Notes: generated by a model from the sequence alone, not told the origin. Shown: positions 47,506 through 58,238, counted from the whole stretch's first letter. The stretch: 61,666 nt of DNA, filler included, from Myxococcota bacterium (GCA_023150835.1; 9 parts of 9 records of this genome joined end to end with filler, not necessarily neighbours in it); one strand, 5' to 3'. Translations and numbers: made by a program.

Positions 47506-49392
47506 ATGTTTTCCAACCTCCGCACCTTTGATGTTTTGGTGGTCGGGTCGGGCCATGCGGGTTGTGAGGCTGCGCTTGCGGCTTCGCGCATGGGCTGCCA
47601 CACGGCTGTCGTGACGACACAACCCGATCGTTCGGGATGGATGCCTTGTAACCCTGCTGTGGGTGGCGTTGGCAAAGGCCATCTGGTCCGTGAGATCGAT
47701 GCGCTCGGTGGTGAGATGGCCCACAACATCGACGAAACAGGCATCCAGTTTCGTCGCCTCAACACCCGCAAAGGCCCTGCTGTCCAGTCTCGCCGCGCAC
47801 AAGCCGATATGTTTGCCTACGCGCAGCGGATGTCGCGAGTGATCCAATCCACGCCCAACTTGACGGTGATCGCTTCGATGGTGGGCGGCCTTCATCAAGA
47901 AGGCGAGCGCATCGCAGGTGTGACACTTTCGGATGGTTCGCTTGTTCGGGCCAAAACGGTGGTGATCACCACAGGAACCTTTTTGCGTGGCCTCTTGCAT
48001 ACGGGCCTACAATCGACCCCGGGAGGGCGTGTCGGTGAAGCACCTAGCAACGCGCTTTCTCAACATCTCGCGGCGCTGGGACTCCCGTTGCTTCGCCTCA
48101 AAACAGGCACACCCGCACGCCTTGACAGAAACTCCATCGCGTGGGAACGCCTCGAAGCTCAGCCCGGTGATGAACGCCCGCTTCCTTTTTCCTTTATGCG
48201 CTCGACACTTGGACCACTCCAACAAGTCGACTGTTACATCACATACACCAACCAACAAACGCATGACATCATCCAATCCAACCTTCATCAATCCCCCATG
48301 TATTCGGGCGTGATCGAAGGCATCGGACCACGTTATTGCCCAAGTATCGAAGACAAAGTGGTGCGCTTCTCCGACAAAGATCGGCATCAGATATTTCTCG
48401 AACCTGTGGCCCGAAACAGTGATCTGATCTATCCCAATGGCATCAGCACCAGTCTTCCTGCCGATGTTCAAGAAGCCATGATCCACTCGATCGAAGGTCT
48501 CGAACAAGCGCGCATCGTGATTCCCGGTTATGCCGTTGAATACGATGCCGTCGATCCGCGCAGCCTTCGACCTTGGCTCGAACTCAAAGACGTACCCGGG
48601 CTGTTTCTCGCAGGGCAGATCAACGGCACAAGCGGCTACGAAGAAGCCGCAGGCCAAGGCATCCTTGCCGGCATCAACGCTGCCCTTCAAAGCCAAGCCA
48701 AAGATCCGTTGATCCTCGATCGCACACAAAGCTACATCGGTGTGATGGTCGATGATCTGACAACGCGTGGTGCGCCTGAGCCGTATCGGATGTTTACGTC
48801 TCGCGCCGAGTATCGGCTGTTGCTGCGAGAAGACAACGCCGATAAGCGCCTGACTCCGATCGGTCGGACTATCGGCTTGGTCGATGAACACCGATGGCAG
48901 CGCTTTTTGCAAAAGTGTGAAGATGAAGAACGCCTCCGCGTCCAGCTCGACAAGACGTTGCTTGTTCCAAACGAAGAAGGAACACGATGGGCCGAGATCC
49001 TTCAGATCCCGCCCATGCGCAATCCGTCTTCTTTGCGCCGCTTGATCGGTCGTGCCGATGTCGATTACACGCGCTTGTTGTCGCTCGATCTTGGGCTGAC
49101 AGAAGATCACCTCGAAGCTCTCGAACAGATCTCGATCCAAGAGCGCTACGAAGGTTATCTCCAAAAACAAGAAGCCGAGGCCAAGATCTTCCGTGAAGGC
49201 GAAACCATCGCCATCCCCGAAGATCTCGATTACGATACCATCCCAAGCCTCAGTACCGAGATCCGACACATCCTCAAAGCGACGCGCCCTCACTCCATCG
49301 GCCAAGCCGCCCGTATCCCGGGCGTTACACCCGCATCTCTTCAGATCCTTACGCTTTCCCTTCACGCTCACAAAAAGAAACAAGCTGCCTGA
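47506..49392 (+). CDS. mnmG: tRNA uridine-5-carboxymethylaminomethyl modification enzyme
   Basis: [62 protein letters not shown]. Confidence 0.97.
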   Translation: MFSNLRTFDVLVVGSGHAGCEAALAASRMGCHTAVVTTQPDRSGWMPCNPAVGGVGKGHLVREIDALGGEMAHNIDETGIQFRRLNTRKGPAVQSRRAQADMFAYAQRMSRVIQSTPNLTVIASMVGGLHQEGERIAGVTLSDGSLVRAKTVVITTGTFLRGLLHTGLQSTPGGRVGEAPSNALSQHLAALGLPLLRLKTGTPARLDRNSIAWERLEAQPGDERPLPFSFMRSTLGPLQQVDCYITYTNQQTHDIIQSNLHQSPMYSGVIEGIGPRYCPSIEDKVVRFSDKDRHQIFLEPVARNSDLIYPNGISTSLPADVQEAMIHSIEGLEQARIVIPGYAVEYDAVDPRSLRPWLELKDVPGLFLAGQINGTSGYEEAAGQGILAGINAALQSQAKDPLILDRTQSYIGVMVDDLTTRGAPEPYRMFTSRAEYRLLLREDNADKRLTPIGRTIGLVDEHRWQRFLQKCEDEERLRVQLDKTLLVPNEEGTRWAEILQIPPMRNPSSLRRLIGRADVDYTRLLSLDLGLTEDHLEALEQISIQERYEGYLQKQEAEAKIFREGETIAIPEDLDYDTIPSLSTEIRHILKATRPHSIGQAARIPGVTPASLQILTLSLHAHKKKQAA

Positions 49393-49629
49393 GAGGGTGT
49401 TTGCGAAACTCGCTACATGACAGTTGAAGAAAACAACGAAAACTCGAGGGGTTCATTCAAAACAGATAGCGATGAAGAGGTCAGCGACGCAACAGAGCGA
49501 GGGCAGGCACGGGGGCCTGCCCCTACCTCNNNNNNNNNNNNNNNNNNNNNNNNNNNNNNNNNNNNNNNNNNNNTTAATTAATTAANNNNNNNNNNNNNNN
49601 NNNNNNNNNNNNNNNNNNNNNNNNNNNNN

Positions 49630-51467
49630 CCGTCTTCGTCCAACGTCGCTTTGTGTTGAAGAGAGACCTTCAACCTGTCCGCAAACCATCGTACCCAACG
49701 ATGTGCAACCTCTGGAGTAGGCCGTAAAAAGCGCGTTCCGATGGTGCTTTCGGGATCGGCCACCAAACAACGCGCCGAAAACCCCAGATCCGTCAACATC
49801 CCATCCGCAAGCAGATCGGCGCTGGCTTTTGGCTGGATCTGCAAATGCAGCGACAAGCGCCGCCCACTCAACACTTCGTAATCTGCGGCCCTTGGGCGAT
49901 CCAGATCCCCTCCATCCCATAGCTTATTGAGCGTGCTGACGGTACGCATCCGTTGCTCTTTGGACATGGAGAAACCACCGAGAAACGTACCGCCTTCGTC
50001 ATTTAGCAAACCTTGGGCAAGCTGCCCGACCTTGAGGATGCGAAACAAGCCCTCTTGCGTAGGTTCTTTGACCTGTAGGATCGGTTGCCTCGGTGGTTTC
50101 GGTGGTTCTGTGGGTGGCCCACTTTCGTTGCGTAAGCGTTCTTTTTCGCTGGTTTGCCAACGCCACAACGCGTCGTTGTAGTCCAACTTCTCTTGTTTGT
50201 AGTCGGCTTCCAATTGCCGCTGGTATTCGTGGATGCCGAGTGTTGCGAGGCGATCAATCGCGGTTTTTCGTTCGCCGGATTGGGCGACCGAGACGAAAAA
50301 GCACGAAGTGGGCTGCGAAGAAGTCTCGGGGCCACCGAGACCCGGTATGGAGATGTCGGCGATGTGCTGCGTTGCGACCGCTGTTGCGGCCAGAACAGAC
50401 TGCGCGCAAAGAACGTAGGGAGCGCGTGTGATCTCATGGATTGCTTCGATCACGGGATGGAGGGAGATCTGCGGAAACTCCCCAGCCTTCGGGCGTTCGG
50501 GAACAATGGGCAGGGGATCCATCGGCAGACCTTGTGCGATGCGATAAAGCTCCGGCCAACGCTTGAAGTTCTCAAAAGCCCCCTTGTCAGCGGAGCCAGA
50601 AAGACCAGCGGTATCCTCGAAGACAAAGGGGGTTTCCGCCACAAGTTGTTTGATCTGCTCGGATGTTCGGCCAAGTCGGTGATACCAATCGTAGACATCT
50701 TCGCCTTTTTCGAGATCAGGAAGCTCGACGATCTTGATCGTTCGTACGCCAACCCCTTTGAGGATATCCGCCACTTCTTGTGCGTATTTTTTTCCTGCGA
50801 TATCGGCATCTGGGAGGATCACGATGTCGCGTCCTTGAAGTGCCGTCCAATCGGTTTTGGCGGCGGCGTTTGCGCCTCCTGCGCTCGTCACCGAAAACAA
50901 GCCCTGTTGGGTGTTTGCAACGCACTTTTTCTCGCCTTCGACCACATAGATCGGGCCGTTTGGAGGGAGTGCTTCGCTTTGGTAGAGCGGGCGCGGCCCT
51001 TCGAGATGCGCTTGATACCAACGCTCCCCGATCTTCGAGACGGGGCGGATGATCTTTTTCCCATCACGCCCTTCCCATCGGCAAACCACACAGGCGGGTT
51101 GGCCTTCTCGCATGTAGATCCACGTTCCCGAAGGCTTGCCGAGCTTATAGGCTTGGATCGCTTCGTTGGCTGTGGAAAAAGCCTTGCCTTCGGGCTGTTT
51201 TGTCGGTGGGGTTGTGGTGGAAGAAGCCGCATTCGGCAAGTCCAAGGCCGAAAGGATGTCCTCGAAAGAGCAACCTGCGTGGCAACACAACAGGACGTTG
51301 CCATCGGCATCGGTTCCAATCGAAAGCGAACGGTGCTGATCGTCATGAGAGGGACACTTTGCCTCCCATTGACCGTGTTTTCGGGTCGCTTTGACACTTT
51401 CCAGACGGCCTAGAATCGTGGAGATACTCCTGTTCCTTCGGGCGTTTTGGCCTTGGTGAGCAGTCAT
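49630..51467 (-). CDS. Primase-like replication protein (Zn-binding + TOPRIM + DUF3987/YfjI-like P-loop), 3'-truncated
   Basis: CPSHDD...SLSI...CHAGC; VVEGEK and ILPDAD TOPRIM; AQSGERKT; DEGG. Confidence 0.85.
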
Positions 51468-51588
51468 CTTTCTGTCCTTGCCCGTTATAACGCACGAGAG
51501 TCGGGCTGTTTGGGATGTGGCCCTCTCGGCCTGTCGGTTGGAGAAGAGATACTCTCGGATATAGGCGAGAGCAGAGGAGGTAAGAGGG

Positions 51589-51870
51589 TTATCTCTCCGA
51601 ACAATTCGGCTGAATCACGTATGTTGTGCAAGCAGGCGTTCTTTGAATCGATGTTTCTTCGCTTGTGGGAGGAACTTCGTTGTGTTCGGGTGCAAAATCC
51701 CACATCAGCACATCAAAGTTTGTGGCTTGCTCAATTCGCCTTGCCATCGCGATGGAGGGTGTTCTCCTACCCGCCACATAATGCCCAACGGTAGAGCACG
51801 AAACACCAAGCTTGTCAGCGAATTGCTGAAGCGTGATCTGGTTCTTCTTCAAATAGTCTTTGAGCTTCAT
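51589..51870 (-). CDS. Cro-like XRE HTH regulator
   Basis: MKLKDYL...TLQQFADKLGVSCSTVGHYVAGRRTPS; GGAGG RBS. Confidence 0.85.
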   Translation of the reverse strand: MKLKDYLKKNQITLQQFADKLGVSCSTVGHYVAGRRTPSIAMARRIEQATNFDVLMWDFAPEHNEVPPTSEETSIQRTPACTTYVIQPNCSER

Positions 51871-51887
51871 GGGTACCTCCTGCGACA

Positions 51888-51973
51888 GTTGTACATAATG
51901 CGGAATCACTTGTCAAGATCGTGTTGTACAAATAGTGCAATGTCTTGCTATCGCTGTACGCCATGTATAAGAT
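51888..51973. promoter_or_regulatory. Divergent promoter pair with operator-like boxes
   Basis: Minus: TTGACA(51916-51911)-N17-TACAAC. Plus: TTGCTA(51945)-N17-TAAGAT. Boxes TGTACATAATGCGG, TGTACAAATAGTGCA and TGTACGCCATGTATA. Confidence 0.6.
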
Positions 51974-52000
51974 GAGACAGATTCAAGCACGGAGGGATAT

Positions 52001-52315
52001 ATGTTAGGCGAACGAATCAGGGCGCTAAGAAAGCAGAAAGGCTGGACGCTAAAGGACTTGGCAGAAAGGGCAGACGTAAGCTGGTCGATGATCTCTCATA
52101 TCGAAAGGGGAGAGCGGACGGGAACCATGCAGATACTCGCCAAGATCGCCGAAGCCTTGGATGTCAGTCCTTCTCTTCTTCAAGAGGATGTGGAGCCAGA
52201 ACAATTGGAGGACATTTCTCGGGCGCTGGAAGGGATGGCGACTCTGTCGCGTGAGCAAATGAAAATCGTTCTCTCTGTGATCGAAGGTCTTCGATCAACT
52301 TCAAAACAACCTTAA
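52001..52315 (+). CDS. CI-like XRE HTH repressor (no peptidase domain)
   Basis: LGERIRALRKQKGWTLKDLAERADVS..MISHIERG; GGAGG RBS. Confidence 0.9.
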   Translation: MLGERIRALRKQKGWTLKDLAERADVSWSMISHIERGERTGTMQILAKIAEALDVSPSLLQEDVEPEQLEDISRALEGMATLSREQMKIVLSVIEGLRSTSKQP

Positions 52316-52502
52316 GATCTTTTCTTGATAATTCCAAAATCCCTATAAACCCGCACTTGAGCAACTCTTCTTTGGATAAGTTGTCGTACATTTTCTCACC
52401 TGCCGTGCAACCCGCCTCACTGAACTTATACAACGCTGATCTTATGAGATACTGCGTACATGCACAGAAGTCAACGCATTATACACTTTGGAGATAAAGA
52501 AT

Positions 52503-52531
52503 TTGACAAAACATTTTACATAATGTAAAAC
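52503..52531 (+). promoter_or_regulatory. Sigma70-like promoter overlapped by a perfect palindrome
   Basis: TTGACA-N17-TAAAAC, with TTTTACAT-A-ATGTAAAA at 52514-52530. Confidence 0.7.
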
Positions 52532-52585
52532 ACTCCTATGCCTGCAACATCACCCGTTGCGTTCCGCAACGGCATAGGAGGCCCC

Positions 52586-53197
52586 ATGAACCAATCATCC
52601 TCCCCAAATTACCGCTATGTTCCTGCGTCTTTGTTGGTTGCGTGGATGGAAGAGGCACGCCGCCAGTCCGAAGAACTCACTCGACAGAAGACGACGATCA
52701 CCAAGAATTTGAGCGCAACACGCCAAACGCTCGTGGATATCCACGCAGAGATCCAACGCCGCGCAGAAGTCTCATGGCGCAACCGTCTTCGTCTTGGTCT
52801 TCGCCCGATTCCTCCGATGGTCTCGACCCCTTCATCCATCCCCCCGACCCCTTCATCCATCCACCCAACTCCTGCGCCCGTTCCTCCGCCACCACCGCCG
52901 ACTCCTGCCATCGCCTCGATCCCCATCAAAGAGCAGGGCAACGAGCAAGGCTGGGTGGAGCTTCGCCTCGACGAGTCCCGAACTTGCGGAGAGTGCGCGA
53001 ACTTCCGTATCGAGAGAACTGGTGTGGAAGAACACCGTGGATACTGCTTTTATGTGGACGATTCTGTTGGGAGCCGCGCACCCGCGAGTGGATGCCCTCG
53101 CTTTGATCCGCTCCCCAAACCCTCTCCCCAAGCTGTATCTGCGCTTGATTCGCTCGCAACCCCCGAAGAGATGGAGATATGCGATGTGCGCCGCTAA
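52586..53197 (+). CDS. Hypothetical protein (coiled coil, Pro-rich linker, Cys4 cluster)
   Basis: GGAGG RBS; CGEC...GYC...GCPRF. Confidence 0.65.
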   Translation: MNQSSSPNYRYVPASLLVAWMEEARRQSEELTRQKTTITKNLSATRQTLVDIHAEIQRRAEVSWRNRLRLGLRPIPPMVSTPSSIPPTPSSIHPTPAPVPPPPPPTPAIASIPIKEQGNEQGWVELRLDESRTCGECANFRIERTGVEEHRGYCFYVDDSVGSRAPASGCPRFDPLPKPSPQAVSALDSLATPEEMEICDVRR

Positions 53198-53900
53198 GCT
53201 TTTGACGGTGGCCACGTTGCCCCGCCAAAAGACGGGCCGACTTTGTGCGACCATCGCCAACAAGGTTCTTTTGTTAAAACGCGAAAAGACCCCGATTTTG
53301 CTCGTGGATACAAGCAAACTTCAAGCAGCACAGACCTTTTCTGAGCACAACGAACATCGCATCGAGCTGATTCTGAACAAAGGCGTTTCGGCACTTTCGC
53401 ATGATAGCTTTTGGGTTTCCACAACGAGCCTCGAAGAGTCGGAAGCTGTGATGGATTGGGTCTTTTGGGCGATGGCAGGTGAACAAGGAGACTTTCTCTT
53501 CTCTCTCGAAGACGAAAGTATGTTTTCAACCAAGTGCGAAGCAGCACAAGTAGAAAAGAAAAATCCGCAACATGCGGAAGAGTGCGCCCCAGAGGACACA
53601 GCATGGAGCCGCCACAAGACACTTGCGCGGCTCCACGCTGCTGCAAAGGAAGTGGGGTTGGATCACGCTGGTATCAAGTCGTTGTTGCCGGTGGAGTGGT
53701 CTTTTCGGACATTAGAACAGCGGATGTTGGATGTGGTGATGAGGCTTCTTGGTGCAAAGCACATCGGGGCTTTACGCGAGGCGTGGGATGCCCATCCGTG
53801 CGCGGCATTGGTTCGCCTCAAAGATTACATGAAAGAGCAACTCTTTCTCAAAGAAATGGGATGCGCGGACGTGTCAACGCGCCGAGGAGGTGGATCTTGA
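53184..53900 (+). CDS. Hypothetical protein
   Basis: Open frame overlapping its neighbours in operon fashion (MCAAKLL...); no recognised motif. Confidence 0.5.
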   Translation: MCAAKLLTVATLPRQKTGRLCATIANKVLLLKREKTPILLVDTSKLQAAQTFSEHNEHRIELILNKGVSALSHDSFWVSTTSLEESEAVMDWVFWAMAGEQGDFLFSLEDESMFSTKCEAAQVEKKNPQHAEECAPEDTAWSRHKTLARLHAAAKEVGLDHAGIKSLLPVEWSFRTLEQRMLDVVMRLLGAKHIGALREAWDAHPCAALVRLKDYMKEQLFLKEMGCADVSTRRGGGS

Positions 53901-54319
53901 TGCTGCCGCTTAGACTTCGACACGGCGATGAAACCGCCAAGATGCTCGGCTATCCGAGCGCACACGCGCTACGTGCAGCGCGTTGTCGTGGCTACCTTCC
54001 CAAAGGTTCTTGTTACAAAGAGGGAGGTCATTGGTATTACTTGCCACACGTCTTTTTGGAGAAACAAGATGGCCAAGAAATTACCCAGCGGGATACAGAG
54101 ATCAGGCAAAACCTACCGCATTCAATTTCGGTCACGCCATACCAACCCAGGCATGATCTACAGCGAACGTCTTCCACAAGGCACAACCCTACGGAGTGCC
54201 GAGGCATATCTAGCGAAGCTGCGAGAAGAAGATCGCCAAGAGACGCTTCAATGGAGAGACGAGAAGAAACGAGAAAAAGAATCGCATCGGATCTGGACCA
54301 TTGGCGACTTCGCAACTGA
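53900..54319 (+). CDS. Putative excisionase-like HTH protein (3' part overlaps the integrase)
   Basis: GGAGG RBS and TGATG coupling; ETAKMLGY...ALRAARCRG.LP...KEGGHWYY is HTH_17-like. Confidence 0.5.
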   Translation: MLPLRLRHGDETAKMLGYPSAHALRAARCRGYLPKGSCYKEGGHWYYLPHVFLEKQDGQEITQRDTEIRQNLPHSISVTPYQPRHDLQRTSSTRHNPTECRGISSEAARRRSPRDASMERREETRKRIASDLDHWRLRN

Positions 54320-55178
54320 GATCTACCTACCACACTGTGCGGCTTCCAATCGACCCTCAACGTTAGAGAGAAAGGTTCAAGAATTTAAACGCATCGGCCC
54401 TTGGTTTTGGGATCTGCGCCTGGATGGTGTGGATGCGGCGACGGTGAGTCGCTTTGCAGCGGAGAGAAAAGCGGAGGGAGTAAGGGCGAGAACAGTCAAC
54501 ATAGGAATCGCGCAGATCAAGCACCTACTGAATGTTGCTCATGAATTGGGCTTTCTTATCCATCCCCCACCGAAGTTTCGCCGTCTTCCTGAAAAGGATA
54601 AGAAGTCTGTGCGTTGGCTATCAAGAGACGAGATAGAACTCGCCCTCGCCAACGCAACAGCAAAAGGGGAAGTTTGGAGGGCGCTATGTTTGTTTTTGCT
54701 GGGGACAGGGGCTAGGTGGGGCGAAACACGCGCTCTTCGCTGGAGCGATCTCGACTTGGAAGAGGGCATCGTGACCTTTCACGGCCACACAACGAAAGGG
54801 GGGAAGGATCGGATGATACCGTTATTGCCCGAAGTGGTTAGCGCCTTGGCTTCGCTGACTCGTCTTGGTGATCTGGTGTTTATGCATCGGTGGCGAGAGA
54901 AAGTCTGCCCCATGCCCGTAGATGGAAAACTGGGTGGGGATGTCTATCCGTGGGATGGTGAAGGGTTATCGGCCTCACCACACGTATTGCGTCATACGTT
55001 TGCGGCGATGAGACTGAGGGGAGGAGTGGGAATGGAAAAAGTCCAAAAATGGCTCGGTCACAGCACCATCAGTCTAACCGTCGATACATACGGTCACATC
55101 GTGCCGGAGGAACATGCAGAAGAGATAGCGAAGGGGTATCATGCAGGGACAAGACCGACCTTGCGAGCGGTGAAATAG
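54069..55178 (+). CDS. Tyrosine recombinase/integrase
   Basis: GARWGE (R), TKGG (K), HVLRHT (HxxR), LGH and T..YGH (catalytic Y). Confidence 0.95.
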   Translation: MAKKLPSGIQRSGKTYRIQFRSRHTNPGMIYSERLPQGTTLRSAEAYLAKLREEDRQETLQWRDEKKREKESHRIWTIGDFATEIYLPHCAASNRPSTLERKVQEFKRIGPWFWDLRLDGVDAATVSRFAAERKAEGVRARTVNIGIAQIKHLLNVAHELGFLIHPPPKFRRLPEKDKKSVRWLSRDEIELALANATAKGEVWRALCLFLLGTGARWGETRALRWSDLDLEEGIVTFHGHTTKGGKDRMIPLLPEVVSALASLTRLGDLVFMHRWREKVCPMPVDGKLGGDVYPWDGEGLSASPHVLRHTFAAMRLRGGVGMEKVQKWLGHSTISLTVDTYGHIVPEEHAEEIAKGYHAGTRPTLRAVK

Positions 55179-55273
55179 GCGAGTGCAGATTTGTCACCAC
55201 CTTGTCACCAGAGGGAAAAAAGGAGAGGAAGGAGCGATGTGTAGATGCGGCGAAAGTCGCGGATGGAAGGGGA

Positions 55274-55346
55274 TGAGCGAGGTGGGACTCGAACCCACAC
55301 TGGAAGGATTTTAAGTCCTTTGTCTCTACCTTTGGACTACTCGCCC
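55274..55346 (-). tRNA. tRNA-Leu(TAA), 73 nt, short variable loop, CCA not encoded
   Basis: GGGCGAG/CTCGCTC acceptor stem; AAGGA-CTTAAAA-TCCTT anticodon arm; GTGGG-TTCGAGT-CCCAC T arm; discriminator A. Confidence 0.93.
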
Positions 55347-55512
55347 GAGAAAGCAGGATCAGCCTAAAAAAAACAGGGAACCGATATAGCCAAAAGCACA
55401 CGCCCTGTCAAGCGCTATCTTCTGTTTGCGGGTGGGGTGCGCAGGAGTGCGGTTTGCTGGTAGGGTTGCGTGAAGGTGTGATCTGCAGGGTGATACGAAA
55501 TCCGCCTCTTGA

Positions 55513-55624
55513 TACGAGATCCGCAGGGTGTGTGATCGCAAAACGTAGGGGCAGACAGGTGTGGCTGCCCAACGATCGGGTGTCTACGCACTATCCTACG
55601 GGAACACTTCACACGGATATCGTA
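55513..55624 (+). mobile_element. MITE family A copy with GTAG-REP
   Basis: TA-CGAGATCCG...GTAGGGGCAGACAGGTGTGGCTGCCC...CGGATATCG-TA. Confidence 0.7.
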
Positions 55625-55704
55625 TGATACGAAATCCTGTGATTGTGTGATCATGTCCGCTCGCTCCTCAATATCCCGATAGACGGGCGGTTCGCGAACC
55701 GCCC

Positions 55705-55810
55705 CATTGGCATCAGGTTAAGAAGTAAAAGCAGATTCTTGTGGCATAATGGCGCACCTCAAAACGCGAAAGGGGAATAGAGATGTTCACACAAAGCGCC
55801 GAAGCACAAG
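55705..55810 (+). mobile_element. 5' end of an IS4-family (IS231-like) element
   Basis: TIR CATTGGCATCAGGTTAAG is identical to 14201-14218; followed by CATAAT, AGGGGA and ATG 55783 (MFTQSAEAQ...) at the contig end. Confidence 0.6.
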
Positions 55811-55910
55811 NNNNNNNNNNNNNNNNNNNNNNNNNNNNNNNNNNNNNNNNNNNNTTAATTAATTAANNNNNNNNNNNNNNNNNNNNNNNNNNNNNNNNNN
55901 NNNNNNNNNN

Positions 55911-56171
55911 ATTAAAACCCGCCCGTTTTGTGATCGTACAGAGGTAGTGGCAGCCCCCTGTGGCTGCCCAATAATCGGGCGTCTATGTATTAAAACCCGC
56001 CCGTTTTGTGATCGTACAGAGGTAGTGGCAGCCCCCTGTGTTGCCCAATAATCGGGCGTCTACGTATTAAAACCCCGCCCGTTTTGTGATCGTACAGAGG
56101 TAGTGGCAGCCCCCTGTGGCTGCCTAATAATCGGGCGTCTACGTATTCGCACACATCACTTGGATATCGTA
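55911..56171 (+). repeat. Three tandem ~78-bp REP-containing units ending in a family A right end
   Basis: ATTAAAACCCGCCCGTTTTGTGATCGTACAGAGGTAGTGGCAGCCCCCTGTGGCTGCCCAATAATCGGGCGTCTA at 55911, 55989 and 56066; ends TGGATATCGTA. Confidence 0.9.
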
Positions 56172-56216
56172 TCGTCGCCTCCGTCACAGGAGACATAAAG
56201 AACAGGAGTCAGGAGT

Positions 56217-58238
56217 ATGTTGCGCAAGATGGCAGTGTGGCTGGTGGGCTTGGTGCTGTTGGCGGGTGTGGTGGGGTTGGAGGCGCGAAGCAAGGGTGAG
56301 ATCGTGTTGGAGGTTGTGGGAGAAGGGCAGAATGTAGGCGCGCAAAAGCCGGGTGGGAAGGTGGTTGCGGTGTTGGTGGGGATCAACACGTACAAGGACG
56401 ATCGGTTTCGTCGGCTGCGGTATGCGGAAAAAGATGCGCGGGATATGAAGAAGTATCTGCTTTCGATGGGTGTGAAGTCTCGGGATATCAAGCTATTGGT
56501 GGGGCAGCAAGCGACGCGGCGAGCGATCCAGCGCGCATTGTATGTATGGCTGCCGAAGAAGGTAGGCCCGAAGGACGGGGTGTTTGTGTTCTTTAGTGGA
56601 CATGGCGAAAAGTGGGGCGTGAAGGACTATATCGTGCCGTACGATGCAGAAGCGGATGCGTTGGAGATATCGGGATTGTTGGGTGCTGCGGTGGAGCGTT
56701 CGTTGAATCGGCTGCGTGTGCGGCAGCAAGTGTTGGTGTTGGATACGTGCTTTAGTCGTGCGATAGCATCGGAGTATGTGGCGATGATGGCGAATGTGCG
56801 ACCGCGAAGCAACTTCTTGCCGAACACACACTTGAAGCGATTTCAAGGGCGTGGGCGTGTGGTGTTCGCGTCGTCGGATGGAAATGAAGTGTCGCTGGAG
56901 CCAAAGAACCTAGGGAATGGGCTGTACACGCACTACTTCTTGAAAGGACTACGAGGGGAAGCGGACAAGGACGGAGACAAGTGCATCACAGCGCGAGAAG
57001 TCCACGATTATGTGAGCGTCAAGGTCTCGGTACACGCAAAGGGAAAACAAACGCCCGCATGGGATCAAAACAGCACAAAAGAGATCTTATTGGTGCGGAT
57101 GCCGGGGTGTGGGCAACGGGTGGCCTCGACAGGAACGAGTGGAACGGGCGGTAGCAGCGGAACGCCTCCAAGCGGCGGAGGGTGGGGCGTGTTGGTGGTG
57201 TCGGCAGATGTGGGGGGCGTGGAGGTGTATGTGGGCCCTGTGTACAGGGCGCTTCTGCTGAAATCGGGAGAGAGAACGCGGTTGCGGCTACGAGCGGGAC
57301 AGCACGAAGTGACGTTGAAGAAGCAGGGCTATAAAGACCAGAGCGTGCTTGTGCAAGTCGAAGCAGGCGGAGAACTGCCGTTGGAAAGGCGGATGATCCG
57401 AGATGATGCGGAGGCGGTGGTGCAACGTCCGACACCGCCAAGACAACCGCCCCTTGTGGCATCCGCGCAACCGAGCCGTGCGAGTTGGCCAACAGAGCCT
57501 AGTGCAGGGCAAGGACATCAGTTCATGGTGAAACGACAGACCTTCAGGGTGCGATGGATCCCCGCAGGTTCGTTTGTGATGGGGAGTCCAGAGAACGAGT
57601 CGGGGCGTGATAGTGATGAAGGGCCACAGCGGAGTGTCACGATTAGCAAAGGGTATTGGATGCTAGAGAGCGAGGTGACACAAGGGCAGTACAAGGCGCT
57701 GATGGGGTCGAATCCATCGCGTTTCTCGTCGTGCGGCGACAACTGCCCTGTGGAGCGGGTGAGTTGGCATCAAGCGCGGGCGTTTGCGGATAAGCTGTCG
57801 AGAGTGCAAGGTCTTGCACCTTGTACGACGACGGGCAGGGGGATTTTTCGGTGCAAAGGATGGCGGTTGCCAACGGAAGCAGAGTGGGAATACGCAGCGC
57901 GAGCGAGAAGTACAGGAGCGCGGTATGGGGAGGTCGACGATGTGGCTTGGTATGGTGGCAATAGCAAGGGCAAAACGCATCCGGTGGGCAAACAGAGCGC
58001 GAATGGTTGGGGATTGAAGGATATGTTGGGGAATGTGTGGGAGTGGACAATGGATGTGGAGGGTTCGTACGCAGGTATGTCTACGCAGGATCCACTACGT
58101 AGCAGTGGCAGTACGAAGCGGGTGTTTCGAGGTGGTAGGTGGGCCTCCGTCGCGAGGTTCGTGCGCTCGGCGTTTCGCTACTTCAGTGCGCCGACGTATC
58201 GCGGCTACTTCCTCGGTTTCCGTTTGCTCAGGTACTGA
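56217..58238 (+). CDS. Secreted caspase (peptidase C14) - PEGA - FGE-sulfatase/C-type-lectin-fold protein; candidate DGR target
   Basis: Signal peptide; FSGHG and LDTC dyad; PEGA-like segment; IPAGSFVMGS, RLPTEAEWEYAAR, DMLGNVWEW, RGGxW...GFRL. Confidence 0.9.
   Translation: MLRKMAVWLVGLVLLAGVVGLEARSKGEIVLEVVGEGQNVGAQKPGGKVVAVLVGINTYKDDRFRRLRYAEKDARDMKKYLLSMGVKSRDIKLLVGQQATRRAIQRALYVWLPKKVGPKDGVFVFFSGHGEKWGVKDYIVPYDAEADALEISGLLGAAVERSLNRLRVRQQVLVLDTCFSRAIASEYVAMMANVRPRSNFLPNTHLKRFQGRGRVVFASSDGNEVSLEPKNLGNGLYTHYFLKGLRGEADKDGDKCITAREVHDYVSVKVSVHAKGKQTPAWDQNSTKEILLVRMPGCGQRVASTGTSGTGGSSGTPPSGGGWGVLVVSADVGGVEVYVGPVYRALLLKSGERTRLRLRAGQHEVTLKKQGYKDQSVLVQVEAGGELPLERRMIRDDAEAVVQRPTPPRQPPLVASAQPSRASWPTEPSAGQGHQFMVKRQTFRVRWIPAGSFVMGSPENESGRDSDEGPQRSVTISKGYWMLESEVTQGQYKALMGSNPSRFSSCGDNCPVERVSWHQARAFADKLSRVQGLAPCTTTGRGIFRCKGWRLPTEAEWEYAARARSTGARYGEVDDVAWYGGNSKGKTHPVGKQSANGWGLKDMLGNVWEWTMDVEGSYAGMSTQDPLRSSGSTKRVFRGGRWASVARFVRSAFRYFSAPTYRGYFLGFRLLRY

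Larger units (their letters stand above)
49630..55273. mobile_element. Integrative phage-satellite-like element/prophage arm adjacent to tRNA-Leu (left part missing)
   Basis: Primase-DUF3987, divergent HTH pair, hypothetical genes, Xis-like gene and tyrosine integrase ending about 95 bp from the tRNA 3' end. Confidence 0.8.

Noticed and set aside
55911-56145. CRISPR-like periodicity (~78 bp)
   Set aside because: Whole units are near-identical tandem REP-containing repeats with no spacers.
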